DNA of 64,000 nt, from NCBI GenBank assembly GCA_965223905.1, contig CBDCXV010000011.1, positions 1,568,001-1,632,000 of the forward strand, given 5' to 3'. This DNA comes from Candidatus Latescibacterota bacterium. GTDB lineage: Bacteria > Latescibacterota > UBA2968 > UBA8231. The notes beneath the pieces were generated by a model. It had not been told where the DNA came from. It worked only from the letters and a program-made list of their open reading frames with translations, and searched no databases. A program made the position numbers and the translations under genes. Position 1 is the first letter of the stretch. Each line of letters starts with the position of its first letter. Positions 10,035 to 20,205 of this stretch are shown piece by piece.

Positions 10035-10604
10035 ATGACCTCCGGGCCCCTCCTCGTCCTGGTGACAGGGCTTCCCTGCAGCGGCAAGACCGGCATCGCC
10101 TCCAGGCTGTCGGCCGAGCTCGCGCTCCCCATGCTCGCCAAGGACGACATCAAGGAGGGGCTGTTCGACACCCTTGGATACGGAGGCCGCGAGCGCTCGC
10201 TCGAGCTCAGCCGCGCCGCCTATGCGATCCTCTACCGCCAGGTGCGCCGCCTGCTGTCGGCGGGGCTGTCGCTGATCGCCGAGAGCAACTTCGACCCGGT
10301 GCAGGCCTCCGCGGCAGCTCGCGGCGATCCGGTCGGACCTCCCCTTCGGCATGTTCCAGATCCAGTGTCACGCGGCCGGCCCGGTGCTGGTGGAGCGCTT
10401 CCGGCAGCGGATGGAGAAGGGGCGCCACCCCGGGCACGCCGACGCCGAGCTCTTCGCCGAGATCCGCCCCCGAAACTCGAGCGCGGCAGGCTGGGGCTGC
10501 TCGATATGGAGGGCGAAAAAATGGAAGTCGATACCACCGATTTTTCAGCCGTCGACCACGACACGCTGGCCGCCGCGGTGCGCCGCGCCCTGAAAGCCCG
10601 TTGA
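10035..10604 (+). CDS. P-loop kinase (AAA_33-like), two compensating frameshifts (~10313, ~10470)
   Basis: GLPCSGKT Walker A and KDDIKE; the middle segment FQIQCHAAGPVLVERFRQR...RHPGH is in a different frame. Confidence 0.75.
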   Translation: MTSGPLLVLVTGLPCSGKTGIASRLSAELALPMLAKDDIKEGLFDTLGYGGRERSLELSRAAYAILYRQVRRLLSAGLSLIAESNFDPVQASAAARGDPVGPPLRHVPDPVSRGRPGAGGALPAADGEGAPPRARRRRALRRDPPPKLERGRLGLLDMEGEKMEVDTTDFSAVDHDTLAAAVRRALKAR

Positions 10605-10623
10605 CCCGAACCGGGAAAGAGCG

Positions 10624-11433
10624 ATGAACAACCTGCCCGCCATAGAGATCTACTCCATCGGAACCGAGCTGCTCAACGGCCAGATCCAGGACACCAACTC
10701 CTGGTGGATGGCGCGGCAGATCGCCGCCCTCGGGGGGTACGTGAGGCGTATCGCCATACTCGACGACGACGCGGAGGAGATATCCGGGGTGCTGTCCGAC
10801 GCCTGCCGCCGCGGCACGCGGATCGCGATCACCAGCGGCGGACTCGGACCGACGCCGGACGACCTCACCGTCGAGGTGATCGCCGGTATCATGGGGGTGG
10901 AGGTCGCAGTCGACGAGAGCCTGGTGGGCAGCTTCATGCGCAGCCGGGGAATCGAAAGGCGGGAGGAGGTCAACCCGGGGTTGCTGAAGATGGCGACGAT
11001 CCCGGAGGGGGCCACGGCGTATCCCAACCCCGCGGGAGTGGCCCCGTGCGTCGAGATCCGGGTCGGCGGGACCACCCTGTTCGCCCTGCCCGGACCGCCG
11101 CGCGAGGTGGAGGCCCTTTTCAGGCAGAGCGTCGAGCCGGTGATCGCCGAGCTCTACAGCCGCGCCCGCGTCTCCCGGCGCGTCGCCGTCAACCTGCCGG
11201 AGTCGCAGTGCGGTCCGATCCTGCAGAGCGTCATGGACGAGCTGCCCAACACCTACCTGAAGGCGTTCGTCGCTCTCGGCGAGCGCACCGCGGAGGGCCA
11301 GCGGCTTCCGGTCGACATCGTCGCCTGGGGGGACTCCGAAGGGGAAGCGGAGGAGCTGCTCGAACGGGCCCTGGCGATGTTCGCCGGGCAGGCCGCGGAG
11401 AAGGGAAGCGCCGTCGAGTCCGTGGAGGGCTGA
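10624..11433 (+). CDS. CinA-like molybdopterin-binding domain protein (no PncC domain)
   Basis: IGTELLNG..QDTNS, SGGLGPTPDDLT, LPGPPRE. Confidence 0.88.
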   Translation: MNNLPAIEIYSIGTELLNGQIQDTNSWWMARQIAALGGYVRRIAILDDDAEEISGVLSDACRRGTRIAITSGGLGPTPDDLTVEVIAGIMGVEVAVDESLVGSFMRSRGIERREEVNPGLLKMATIPEGATAYPNPAGVAPCVEIRVGGTTLFALPGPPREVEALFRQSVEPVIAELYSRARVSRRVAVNLPESQCGPILQSVMDELPNTYLKAFVALGERTAEGQRLPVDIVAWGDSEGEAEELLERALAMFAGQAAEKGSAVESVEG

Positions 11434-11768
11434 ATCGGGACGCCCTCGGAGCGGCGGTCATCCAGGGTGCCCTGAGGCCCGGTCAAGTACATGGCAGGGG
11501 ATCTCCACCCACCCGTCGCCGTCGGCGTTGGCCCCGGCAGCCCATATCCACGGGGTGATGGTCGGGTGGAAGAAATCGGCGGTGCGCCCAAGTTTCGGCG
11601 CGGGGAACGGTCGAGGTCGAAGGGTGGCTTAGGCCGGCGGCTGAGCCGGGCGCCGCGGCGCTCCCTTCACGGCAACGAGGCCCGGTCGAGAACCCGGATC
11701 GGCGCTGAATCCGCAGCGCGAGGACAGTCGAGGTCGGGAAGGCCGCTGAGTCCGGTGACCAAGCGTCG

Positions 11769-12642
11769 CTAATCCGGGCACGGATGGCCGGCGGCCAATG
11801 TCGGCCCTGGCGGCCAATCCCCGGCGCGGACCGCAGGGTCGAGGGCGTCGAAACAGAACTGCGCCGCGGCCCAGGGATCGTACCCCTCCTTACCCCAGAT
11901 CTGCCCGGTGACCTCGGGACAGAGATAGCGGTCCCAGCCCGCGGCCTTCACCACCTTCACGTACTCCTCGAGATCGAGGCCGCCGTCCCCGGGAAGCAGG
12001 TAGACGACGCGGCCATCGGCGTCCCTGTACCCGTCCTTGATGTGGTTGTGCGCCGCCAGCGGCACGTTGAGGTCGGCGCAGTGCTTCAGGTCCATCCCCT
12101 CGACCCGGAAATGGCTGAAATCGAAGTTGAGCCGCAGATGCTCGTGAGCGGCGCGCTCGATCAGCCAGACCGCCTTCTCCGGGGTCTCGAAGTCGCCGCC
12201 GGCGTGCGGCTCGATGGCGAGGACGGCGCCGTAGCGGGCCGCCATGTCGGCCACCTCGACGACCATCCCGGCGATCGCCTCCCTGCCGCTCTCCCAGGGC
12301 CGCTCGTGCCCCAGGGTCGACGCCACCACCAAGCGGCGCGTCGTCGATCTTCAGATCCCGGGCCAGGGCGAACGAGGCCTCGAACTGCGCCAGGGCCTCG
12401 GCGCGCCCCTCCCCCTCGGCGCAGGGCTTGAGCAGCGCCATGATGGCGGGGGTGGGAAAGCCGGCGCTCCGGAAAGCCGCGGCGAGGCGCCGGCGCGCCC
12501 CGGCGTCCATGCGGGCCGGCTCGGTCTGCCAGCCGGGCTGCACGGCCATCTCCATCCCCCGGTATCCCATGTCGCGCAGGCGCGGCAGGGCCTCGAACAC
12601 GTCGACGCCCTGCATGCCGTAGGTGCTGTAGTAGAGGTCCAT
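11769..12642 (-). CDS. Sugar phosphate isomerase/epimerase (xylose isomerase-like TIM barrel), frameshift ~12330
   Basis: ORFs 11890..12642 and 11769..12332 join; AIEPH, NFDFSHF, HIKDG, PGDG, EV motifs. Confidence 0.8.
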
Positions 12643-12652
12643 CCGGCCGGTT

Positions 12653-13721
12653 CTATCCCAGGTCGACGTCGAAGTCCGCGGGGTCGAGGCCGCTGTCCCC
12701 GGCCAGTCCGCGCAGGCTGATCAGCACGTCCTCCGGCATCTCGATCCCCTCGGCGAGCGCCTTCTCCCGGCGCTCCCACTCCATCTCGCCGGGCAGGAAG
12801 ATCTCCGCCCCTTCGGCGAGGTCGGCGCTCTTGATCTCCTCCGCCATCGCTGCCATGCGCCGGTGGAACTCCGCGGCCGGCATGATGGCGCCGACGTCGA
12901 TGGCGAGGAAGGCGTGCCCCTGGTTCGACGGCTCCGGGTCGTCGTACGACACCCAGCTGTGCACGCCGCTCATCACCGCGGACCCGCTGAGCACGGCCGT
13001 GAGGATCTCGACGAACACCGCCATGCCGTACCCCTTGTGCCCGGCCATCGGCAGCTGCGCCCCCTTTTCCGGGAAGATCGACGGGTCCGTCGTCGGCACC
13101 CCCTCCTCGTCGACCAGCCAGGTGTCGGGGATGGGGCGCCCCTCGTTGCGGGCGGCGAAGATCTTCGTCGCCGCGACGGCGCTGGTGGCGATGTCGAGCA
13201 TCACCGTGCGCTGGCCGCCGGTCGGCGCCGCCCAGGCGATCGGGTTGGTCCCGAGGATGCGGCTCTTCCCCCCCGGCACGGTCATGCAGGGCTCGACGTT
13301 GCACATCGACATGCCGAACATGCCGTGCTCGGCGATCATGTTGGCGTAGAAACCCGGCGGCCCCGTAATGGCTGCTGCCGCGCACCCCGACGTAGGCCAT
13401 GCCGGTCTCTCCCGCCTTGGCGAGGGCCAGCTTCACGGCGCGGCAGGATATCGCCGGCGGCATGCCGTCCCGGGCGTCGACGATGGCCCAGGAGGGTCCC
13501 TCGGCGACGACCTCCTCCCTGGCGCCGCCGTCGAGGCGGCCGCTGCGCGCGTTGATCATCAGGCCGCGGATCTGCCGCGTGCCGTGGGTGAAGGTGCCCC
13601 AGGTGTCGGTCTTGACGAACACGTGGGCGGACAGCTCGGCGTCCTCCTGGCCGATGCCGGCCCGGGTCATGGCGGCGACGCAGAACTTCTCGAGGTCTGC
13701 AGCTTGTATCCTGGTTGCCAT
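12653..13721 (-). CDS. Ldh_2 family (malate/L-lactate dehydrogenase-like) oxidoreductase, frameshift ~13350
   Basis: GTFTHG, SSHYGAAG, then GTNPIA, LDIATS, GHKGYG, LPGEME in the second frame. Confidence 0.85.
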
Positions 13722-13757
13722 TCGATGCTCCTGTGGATGCGGTATTCCGGTGCCTGA

Positions 13758-13839
13758 CAGCCCGGTAAAAAAGTCCATCCGGGCGGCGCCGGCCCTTGCG
13801 ACTCGGCCTCGCCTTCAGAGCAACTTTACCAACGGGATG
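13758..13839. repeat. Small MITE-like element, copy 1
   Basis: CAGCCCGGTAAAAAAGTCCATCCGGGC...CAACTTTACCAACGGGATG with imperfect terminal IRs; matches 31828..31889. Confidence 0.6.
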
Positions 13840-14064
13840 CAAAACGAAGCGGGGAGAATCAGGGCCGCGGCCTCGGCGGGGTCAACTGCCGCGCGAGCGC
13901 CATTTCCCTGTTCGCAAGGAGGGACAGCGGCGGCTTGCCGGCGACGGGAGCAACCGAAGCTGGAGGTCGACAGGGGACTGAAGGCATGAACCGAAAAACT
14001 GGGCTTCCTGTCCCGGGAAGGGGTATATTGCCTTTCGTCAAGTCAACACACTGGCAGACGACCT

Positions 14065-14080
14065 CATGTCGCGCGACATG
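14065..14080. promoter_or_regulatory. Perfect 16-bp palindrome, candidate operator
   Basis: CATGTCGCGCGACATG, flanked by TGGCAG/CTGCCA, ~100 bp upstream of the lipoprotein gene. Confidence 0.4.
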
Positions 14081-14184
14081 CTGAAAAACCTGCCAATCTG
14101 TGCTTCAACACCCCCTCACTGCCTGGAATCAATGCCAATCGGAGAAGAGTATTCCCACAACCTCACATTTCCGAGGAGGACGTT

Positions 14185-14700
14185 GTGAAAACGAAAATCA
14201 CCGGCAAGTCGACGACTTTGGTCGCGCTTTTTCTCATGGCTGCAATGGTCAGCGGTTGTACGATCGCCAAGATAAGTGGTCGGGGGTCGATACCAATGAT
14301 GCTCAACACTCCTCCTCAGCGAGTCGAGGTCATTGAGCACTTCACTGAGAGCAAGATGATCCTGTTTGACTACACCAGCGCGTTCGACGTCTCGGAGCTC
14401 CTGGCCAAGAAGTTGCAACAGAGCGATGGAGACGCCATAACCAACCTCGTGGTAAACGTTAAATCAGACTTCGCGTCCTTTATGGTGAACGTCTTCACCT
14501 TGGGCATAGCCAACGCCAAGATATTCTCGGTGGAGGGTGATCTGGTCAGGATCGAGGGGGGCGCAAGCGGCCTTCTCGGATACCATGAAGAAATAGCTGC
14601 CTTTGACAACCTGGACCAACTCCACCTGGAAAGCGCAGTTGCTCAGCATTCCAGCCTGGTGCGTCTCGACGAAGGCTTCGCCCTGGTGCGACAGAAGTGA
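14185..14700 (+). CDS. Hypothetical lipoprotein
   Basis: Signal peptide with lipobox VSGC; RBS GAGGAGG. Confidence 0.8.
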   Translation: MKTKITGKSTTLVALFLMAAMVSGCTIAKISGRGSIPMMLNTPPQRVEVIEHFTESKMILFDYTSAFDVSELLAKKLQQSDGDAITNLVVNVKSDFASFMVNVFTLGIANAKIFSVEGDLVRIEGGASGLLGYHEEIAAFDNLDQLHLESAVAQHSSLVRLDEGFALVRQK

Positions 14701-14849
14701 GGCGACATACAAGAGATCCTTTGCCAAAACTCCACCAACTGTTCATTGAGGCATAAGGATCACACAGAGGATGCAGTTCAAGCCCTGGATTCCCGACGGG
14801 ATTCAGGGCTTCTTCGTTGAAAAGGGGCTCAAACCAAACCCACGTCTTA

Positions 14850-14917
14850 TGACCCTGCCCAGCCACCGGGTTTTGTTGTCGCTCCTCCGGCCGCACGGAC
14901 TTTCGGGATCGAGAAGA
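14850..14917 (+). promoter_or_regulatory. Duplicated promoter/leader, copy A (upstream of GH32)
   Basis: Aligns with 16808..16876 (TTGTCGCTCC..CACGGACT..GGATCGAGAAGA). Confidence 0.5.
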
Positions 14918-15052
14918 CCCCCCCAGCCTTCGGCCGGTGCACATTTTCCGTATCGAATCGCGCCTCCCGTTGGACCGGCTGCCATGCCGGCAACCCGGGC
15001 TGTCCGGGGATGGCCGCGGAAATAGTCGCAGACAACAGGGAGACAGGCAGCG

Positions 15053-16600
15053 ATGAAATACCCCTCCAAGGTACCACGGCGAACCTACGCCCCGCAGCTG
15101 GAAGAACAGCTCCGGCAGCTCGAGACGGACGAGCTGGCGCTCCGCTTCGCCGAATCGCGGCGGCGTCTGTCTTGCGACCGCTACCGCCCGGTCTACCACT
15201 ACGTCAACCCGGAAGGTCCCTCGAACGATCCCAACGGATTCTGCAGGTGGCAGGGACGGTTCCACCTGTTTTATCAGCAGTACCCCCCGGAGGACAGGCG
15301 CCAGCACTGGGGCCACGCCGTCAGTGAAGACCTCGTGTACTGGCGGGATCTGCCCATCGCCATCTATCCCGGCATCGAGGAGAAATGCTACAGCGGCAGC
15401 GCCCTCACCGAGGAGGACCGCGTCCTCGCCTGCTACCACGGCACCAGCGCCGGCACGATGATCGCCGAAGCTTCGGATCCCCTGCTCCTCAACTGGGAGA
15501 AGATCCCCGGCAACCCCGTCATCCCGGAGGACGAGACGGCCGCGCCCGGGGACCCCTACTGCATCGGCGACCCCTGTCTGTGGAAGGGAGAGAAGGGCTA
15601 CTACTCCCTGTCGGGATCGCAGCAGGGCACGCGCCTGGTCGACTCGAAGCCGGTTGCCCACCTGTTCTTCTCCGAGGACCTGCGCCACTGGTCCTACCGG
15701 GGCCCGTTCCTGGAAGGCGACGTCTTCACCACCGCCGGTGAGGATTGTGCCGTGCCCTACTTCTGGCCCCTCGGCGACAAGCACCTCCTCGTCTTCGGCA
15801 GTCACCAGCGGGGGTCGCAGTACCTGCTCGGCGACTGGGACGAAGAGGACGGCAAGTTCAAACCGTTCGCCCACGACCGTTTCTGTTTCGGTCCGATAAA
15901 CAACGGCGGCACCAACGCGCCCACGGCCGCGCCGGACGGCAACGGCGGCGTCTACATCATGCACATGCTCAGCTTCGGCCTGGACACCAAGGGCTGGAAC
16001 GGCATGATGTCCCTGCCGAGCCGGCTCGGCCTGGGGCCGGGCAACACCGTCATCAACGAGCCCGTGGCCGCGCTCGAATCGCTGCGCACCGACCACCGGC
16101 GGATCGGTGAAACGACGCTGCCCGCCAACCGCGACGTGCCTCTCGAAGGTGTACGGGGAAATGCCATGGAGCTCGTGGCGCGGATCGATCCGAAGGATTC
16201 CCGGGAAGTCTGCATCGAGGTGCTGCGCTCTCCCGACGGAGAAGAGACCACGAGCATCCGCTATCTCCGCAACGGCGGAGCGGTAAAGACGAAAGGGCCG
16301 GAAACCTGGCACGACGCGCTCGTTATAGACACCTGCCGCACCTCGGTGCTGAAGGAGGTCCTCGCCCGTCCACCGGAGACGGCCCGGTTCAAGCTCGGCG
16401 ACGGCGAGTTGCTGGAGCTGCGGATTTTCATCGACACGAGCATCCTCGAGGTCTTCGCCAACAGCCGGCGCTACATGACCGTGCGGGTACACCCGGGAGG
16501 CGACGACAGCCTCGGGGTCCGCATGCGCGCCCAGGGCAGCGATGCCGTCCTGCTTTCCCTCGATGCCTGGCGGATGAAGAGTATCTGGGAGAGGCAGTGA
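15053..16600 (+). CDS. Glycoside hydrolase family 32 protein
   Basis: NDPNG, HLFYQ, HWGHAVSEDL, YSGSA, C-terminal beta-sandwich IFIDTSILEVF. Confidence 0.9.
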   Translation: MKYPSKVPRRTYAPQLEEQLRQLETDELALRFAESRRRLSCDRYRPVYHYVNPEGPSNDPNGFCRWQGRFHLFYQQYPPEDRRQHWGHAVSEDLVYWRDLPIAIYPGIEEKCYSGSALTEEDRVLACYHGTSAGTMIAEASDPLLLNWEKIPGNPVIPEDETAAPGDPYCIGDPCLWKGEKGYYSLSGSQQGTRLVDSKPVAHLFFSEDLRHWSYRGPFLEGDVFTTAGEDCAVPYFWPLGDKHLLVFGSHQRGSQYLLGDWDEEDGKFKPFAHDRFCFGPINNGGTNAPTAAPDGNGGVYIMHMLSFGLDTKGWNGMMSLPSRLGLGPGNTVINEPVAALESLRTDHRRIGETTLPANRDVPLEGVRGNAMELVARIDPKDSREVCIEVLRSPDGEETTSIRYLRNGGAVKTKGPETWHDALVIDTCRTSVLKEVLARPPETARFKLGDGELLELRIFIDTSILEVFANSRRYMTVRVHPGGDDSLGVRMRAQGSDAVLLSLDAWRMKSIWERQ

Positions 16601-16807
16601 ACGTCACGGGACCGGCGACCCGACGCTGGCGAACGCCTTTGCCGGGTGATACTCCCGGGTTTGCCATCCCCCCCCGGCCGCATCCAACAGCCGGAAGACG
16701 TCGCCGGCAGCGTGTTTGGGGATCCTGCCCTGCTGATGGGGACGATCCCGAAGGGCGGTTGCAGAAAGACTGCTGAGCGGGGGTGATACCCCCCGGCCCC
16801 GCGGCTT

Positions 16808-16876
16808 TGACGCTTGCCGGCCGCCGGAACTTATTGTCGCTCCCCCGACCCCCACGGACTCCCCGGATCGAGAAGA
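16808..16876 (+). promoter_or_regulatory. Duplicated promoter/leader, copy B (upstream of sulfatase)
   Basis: Begins at TTGACG (16807) with TATTGT downstream; homologous to 14850..14917. Confidence 0.5.
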
Positions 16877-16880
16877 AGCC

Positions 16881-18335
16881 TTGAGCGCCCACCTGCCCAA
16901 CATCCTGCTGATCATGTCCGACGAGCACGCCCCCATGTACAGCTCGACCTACGGACACCCGCTGGTGCGCACCCCGGCGATGGACCGGCTCGCCGCCGAG
17001 GGGGTCACCTTCGACAACGCCTACTGCAACTCCCCGCTCTGCCTGCCCTCGCGCATGTCGTTCATGACCGGCCGCTTCGTGCACCGGATCGGAGCCTGGG
17101 ACAACGCCTCCCCTCTCCCCCAGGAGGAGGTCACCTGGGCCCATCTGCTGCGGGACGCCGGCTACGACGCGGTGCTGTGCGGCAAGCAGCACTTCTGCGG
17201 GCTCGACCAGCTGCACGGCTTTCGCGCCCAGCTGGCGCGGGACCTGCACGCCGAGCTGTGGACCGAGGACGGCGTGCCGCGCGGGGTGCCCGACTGGTCG
17301 CGGGGAACGCCGCCGGCAGCCAAGCCCTGGCCCGCACTCGCGGACGCCGGCCCCGGCCGGACCGAGGAGATCGACGTCGACGACCTCGTCGAGCAACGCG
17401 CCCTCGAGTACCTGCGCGACCCGGCGCGCCGGCGGCAGCCCTGGGTGCTGACCGCCTCCTTCATCGCCCCCCACTTTCCCTTCGTCGTGCCGCGAAGGTT
17501 CTGGGACATGTATCCCCTCGCGGAGATCGACCTGCCGGCGATTCCCCCGGGGCATCTCGAAAACCAGCACCCGGTGTACCGGCGCATGCGCAGCCACTTC
17601 GGCAGCGTCGACTTCCCCGAGGAGCTGGTGCGCCGGGGACGATCCGGGTACTACGGCCTGATCAGCTACCTCGACGAGAAGATCGGCAACCTGCTGCAGG
17701 CCCTCGACGACACCGGGCAGAGCGGGGATACCCTCCTCATCCACCTCAGCGACCACGGCGAGATGAACGGCGAGCACGGCATGTGGCGGAAGTCGAATTT
17801 CTTCGAGGCCTCTTCCCGGGTGCCGCTGCAGATCCGCTGGCCCGGGGAGATCGCTGCCGGAAGGCGCGTGCGCGAAGTCGTTTCTCTGGTTGACGTCGCC
17901 GCTACCCTGGCGGACGTCGCCGGGACGGCCGCCGAAGCCGAGCTCGACGGGGACAGCCTGCTGCCGCTGATGAGGGAGGGAGGGCCCTGGAAGGACGAGG
18001 CCTTCTGCGAGTACCTCGCCCACGGCGTCGCCGGGCCGATGGCGATGCTGCGCCGCGGGCGCTACAAGCTCAACTGCAGCCTCGGGGATCCCCCCGAGCT
18101 GTACGACATCGAAACCGATCCCGGCGAGTTCACCGATCTCGCCGGCGAGGCCGCCTTCGCGAGCGTGGCCGCGGAGCTGCAGGAGGACCTGCTGTCGCGC
18201 TGGGACCCCGTCGCCCTCGACCCGCAGGTCCGCCGCAGCCAGGCCCGCCGCGGGCTGATAGAGCGGGTCCACAACCCCGAGGTGCAGGAGGACGTCCAGG
18301 AGCTCGGGAATCAGCGCATTGGCGCGCGCCGATGA
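16881..18335 (+). CDS. Formylglycine-dependent sulfatase (choline-sulfatase-like)
   Basis: PNILLIMSDEH, CLPSR (CxPxR), GKQH, SDHGE, LYD..TDPGE; TTG start. Confidence 0.92.
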   Translation: MSAHLPNILLIMSDEHAPMYSSTYGHPLVRTPAMDRLAAEGVTFDNAYCNSPLCLPSRMSFMTGRFVHRIGAWDNASPLPQEEVTWAHLLRDAGYDAVLCGKQHFCGLDQLHGFRAQLARDLHAELWTEDGVPRGVPDWSRGTPPAAKPWPALADAGPGRTEEIDVDDLVEQRALEYLRDPARRRQPWVLTASFIAPHFPFVVPRRFWDMYPLAEIDLPAIPPGHLENQHPVYRRMRSHFGSVDFPEELVRRGRSGYYGLISYLDEKIGNLLQALDDTGQSGDTLLIHLSDHGEMNGEHGMWRKSNFFEASSRVPLQIRWPGEIAAGRRVREVVSLVDVAATLADVAGTAAEAELDGDSLLPLMREGGPWKDEAFCEYLAHGVAGPMAMLRRGRYKLNCSLGDPPELYDIETDPGEFTDLAGEAAFASVAAELQEDLLSRWDPVALDPQVRRSQARRGLIERVHNPEVQEDVQELGNQRIGARR

Positions 18336-18402
18336 GAGCGGCTCGCGGGCAGGGTGCGCCGGCGCCCGAATTCCGCCGAGCTGTCACCGGGACAGGAGAC
18401 CA

Positions 18403-18539
18403 GTGAATCCGATCGACGTCGAGACTGCGAAAACGGTTACCAGGTGCTCGGGCAGCTGCTCACCCGCGGGGAAGCGGAGCGCATGGCGGAGCTGTGCATG
18501 GCCCCCGGAGAACACCCCCCTGGTCCCGGCCGCGGGTAG
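18403..18539 (+). pseudogene. N-terminal remnant of a PhyH-family dioxygenase
   Basis: RBS GGAG + GTG, then ENGYQVLGQLLTRGEAERMAEL, resembling the 'NGY/NGF' N-termini of the intact PhyH genes here. Confidence 0.4.
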
Positions 18540-18575
18540 TCGGAGGGGCTGGAGGGGTTCGCGGACCGCCCCTGT

Positions 18576-20205
18576 CTACCTCAGCAGGGTCATCTTGCGC
18601 ACCAGGGCCTTGTCCCCTGCGGTGAGGCGATAGAAGTAGACGCCGGCGGCCACGGGGCGGCCCTGCTCGTCGCGGCCCTCCCAGGACACCTCGTGAATTC
18701 CGGCGGTCAGGGTGCGGTTGGGTATCAGGGTTTTGACCACCTGCCCGGCGAGGCTGTAGATAACCGGGGAGGCCTCCCCGGTTTCGGTCAGCTGGAAATA
18801 GAGGGTCGTACTGGAGTTGAAGGGGTTGGGCGCGGCCAGGGCGGCCAGTCCTTTCATCCCGGTCACTGCCAGCTGCCCGGCCAGGGCCTTGGCCGCGGCC
18901 GAGCGGGTGCGGCCGGTGGCCCGCGCCGACCAGCCGCTGGTGCCTTCGGCGTTGCGGGCCCGCACCCGCACCGTGTATCCGGTGTGGGAGGACAGTCCGG
19001 TCAGCAGGGTGCCGGTGGCCGAGCCGCCGGCCGTCAGCGAGGACCAGATGCCGTAGCTGTCGCAAAAGAAGACCTCGTTGGTCTTGCAGTAGTGCACGTC
19101 GTTGCCGCTGAGCGCCGGCCGGCCGCGGTTGTCCGGGGCCGTCCAGCTCACCTCCAGGCGCTCATGGCCCATGTTGTCCGGCGCGCTCACCCTCACCCCG
19201 GAGGGCGGCTCCGGCGGCTCGGACACGTCGGTCACCCTCACCCTCACCGTTCGCTCCGCCTGCAGCGACCCGTCGCTGACCTCGAGGGTCACCTGGTGGG
19301 ACCTCCCGGCCTCGTAGTCGGGCGCCGTGTCGAAGGTGAGGGTGCGCGTCGTGCCGGTCCCCTCCAGCTGGAAAGCGCTCGCCTCCGTACCCGTCCTCGA
19401 CCAGGTGATGGCGTCGCCGTCCGGGTCCCTGGCCGTGTACCGGCCCACCGGGCCGCTGCCGTTCTCGGCGAAGGAGACGCTGGTGGGGCCACTGGTGAAA
19501 TACGGGCCCCGGTTGGGCTGGACCGGGGTCGCCGAGGCGCTGGCCGCCGCACCCGCCCCGGCCGCGTTGCGCGCCCGCACCTCGAAGCGGTAGCGAGTGC
19601 CGTTGCTCAGCCCGGTCACCGTCCGGGTCGTATTCGTGCCCACCCCGGTCCAGCCCGACCAGGAGCCGCTGCCGGCCCGGCGCCGGTACTCGTAGCCCGT
19701 CAGGGACAGGCCGCCGTCGGAGACCGGCGCCCGCCACGACAGCGCCACCTGCCTGTTGCCGGCTTCTGCGGTGAAATCCCTCGGCACCGACGGCACGGTG
19801 ACCACCGGGGCGGTCTCGCCGCTGGCCGCCGCCTTGTCCGGCCCGTGCCCGTCGTCGTAGTCCACCCGCGCCCGCAGCTGCTTCCCCACATCCGCCGTCA
19901 CCGGCGTGTAGCGGGACGTGGCCGCAATGGGGTAGCGCGCCGACCGCTCGATAGGCACCCACCCCGAACTCGCGTCCGCCCGCCGCTGCCACTGCCAGGC
20001 CACCGCCTCCAAGTGGCCGTCGACGTCCGTCAGGGTGGCCGTCATCCGCTGATCCACCTCCGGCGACGCCGTCGACAGTCTCACCGTGCCGGGGGTGTCG
20101 GCCGGCCTCACCGACGACGTCGCCGCGCTCTGCGCGCTCTTGTTCGGACCGTGGGCGTCGGTGTAGCCGACCGTGGCCCGCAGCTGCTTGCCCCGGTCGG
20201 CGGCC
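18576..20205 (-). pseudogene. 5'-truncated adhesin: Ig-like repeat, FN3, cadherin, FN3, T9SS type-A/FlgD-Ig C-terminal domain
   Basis: WQWQRR..YTP..DVGKQLRARVDY repeat; FN3 (LSW..P..GLSNGTRYRFEVRARN); cadherin (AEN..DPDGD..DYE); tail PNPFNS..WEGRDEQG..GVYFYRL..KMTLLR. The ORF's first ~10 codons come from unrelated AT-rich DNA. Confidence 0.82.

Noticed and set aside
1385-13360. Programmed ribosomal frameshifting
   Set aside because: No canonical slippery heptamers seen; these families are not known to recode; indel error is simpler.
16644-16795. Twice-occurring GGGTGATAC(T/C)CCC hairpin motif between GH32 and sulfatase
   Set aside because: Short and GC-rich; could be chance, and no riboswitch consensus was recognised.
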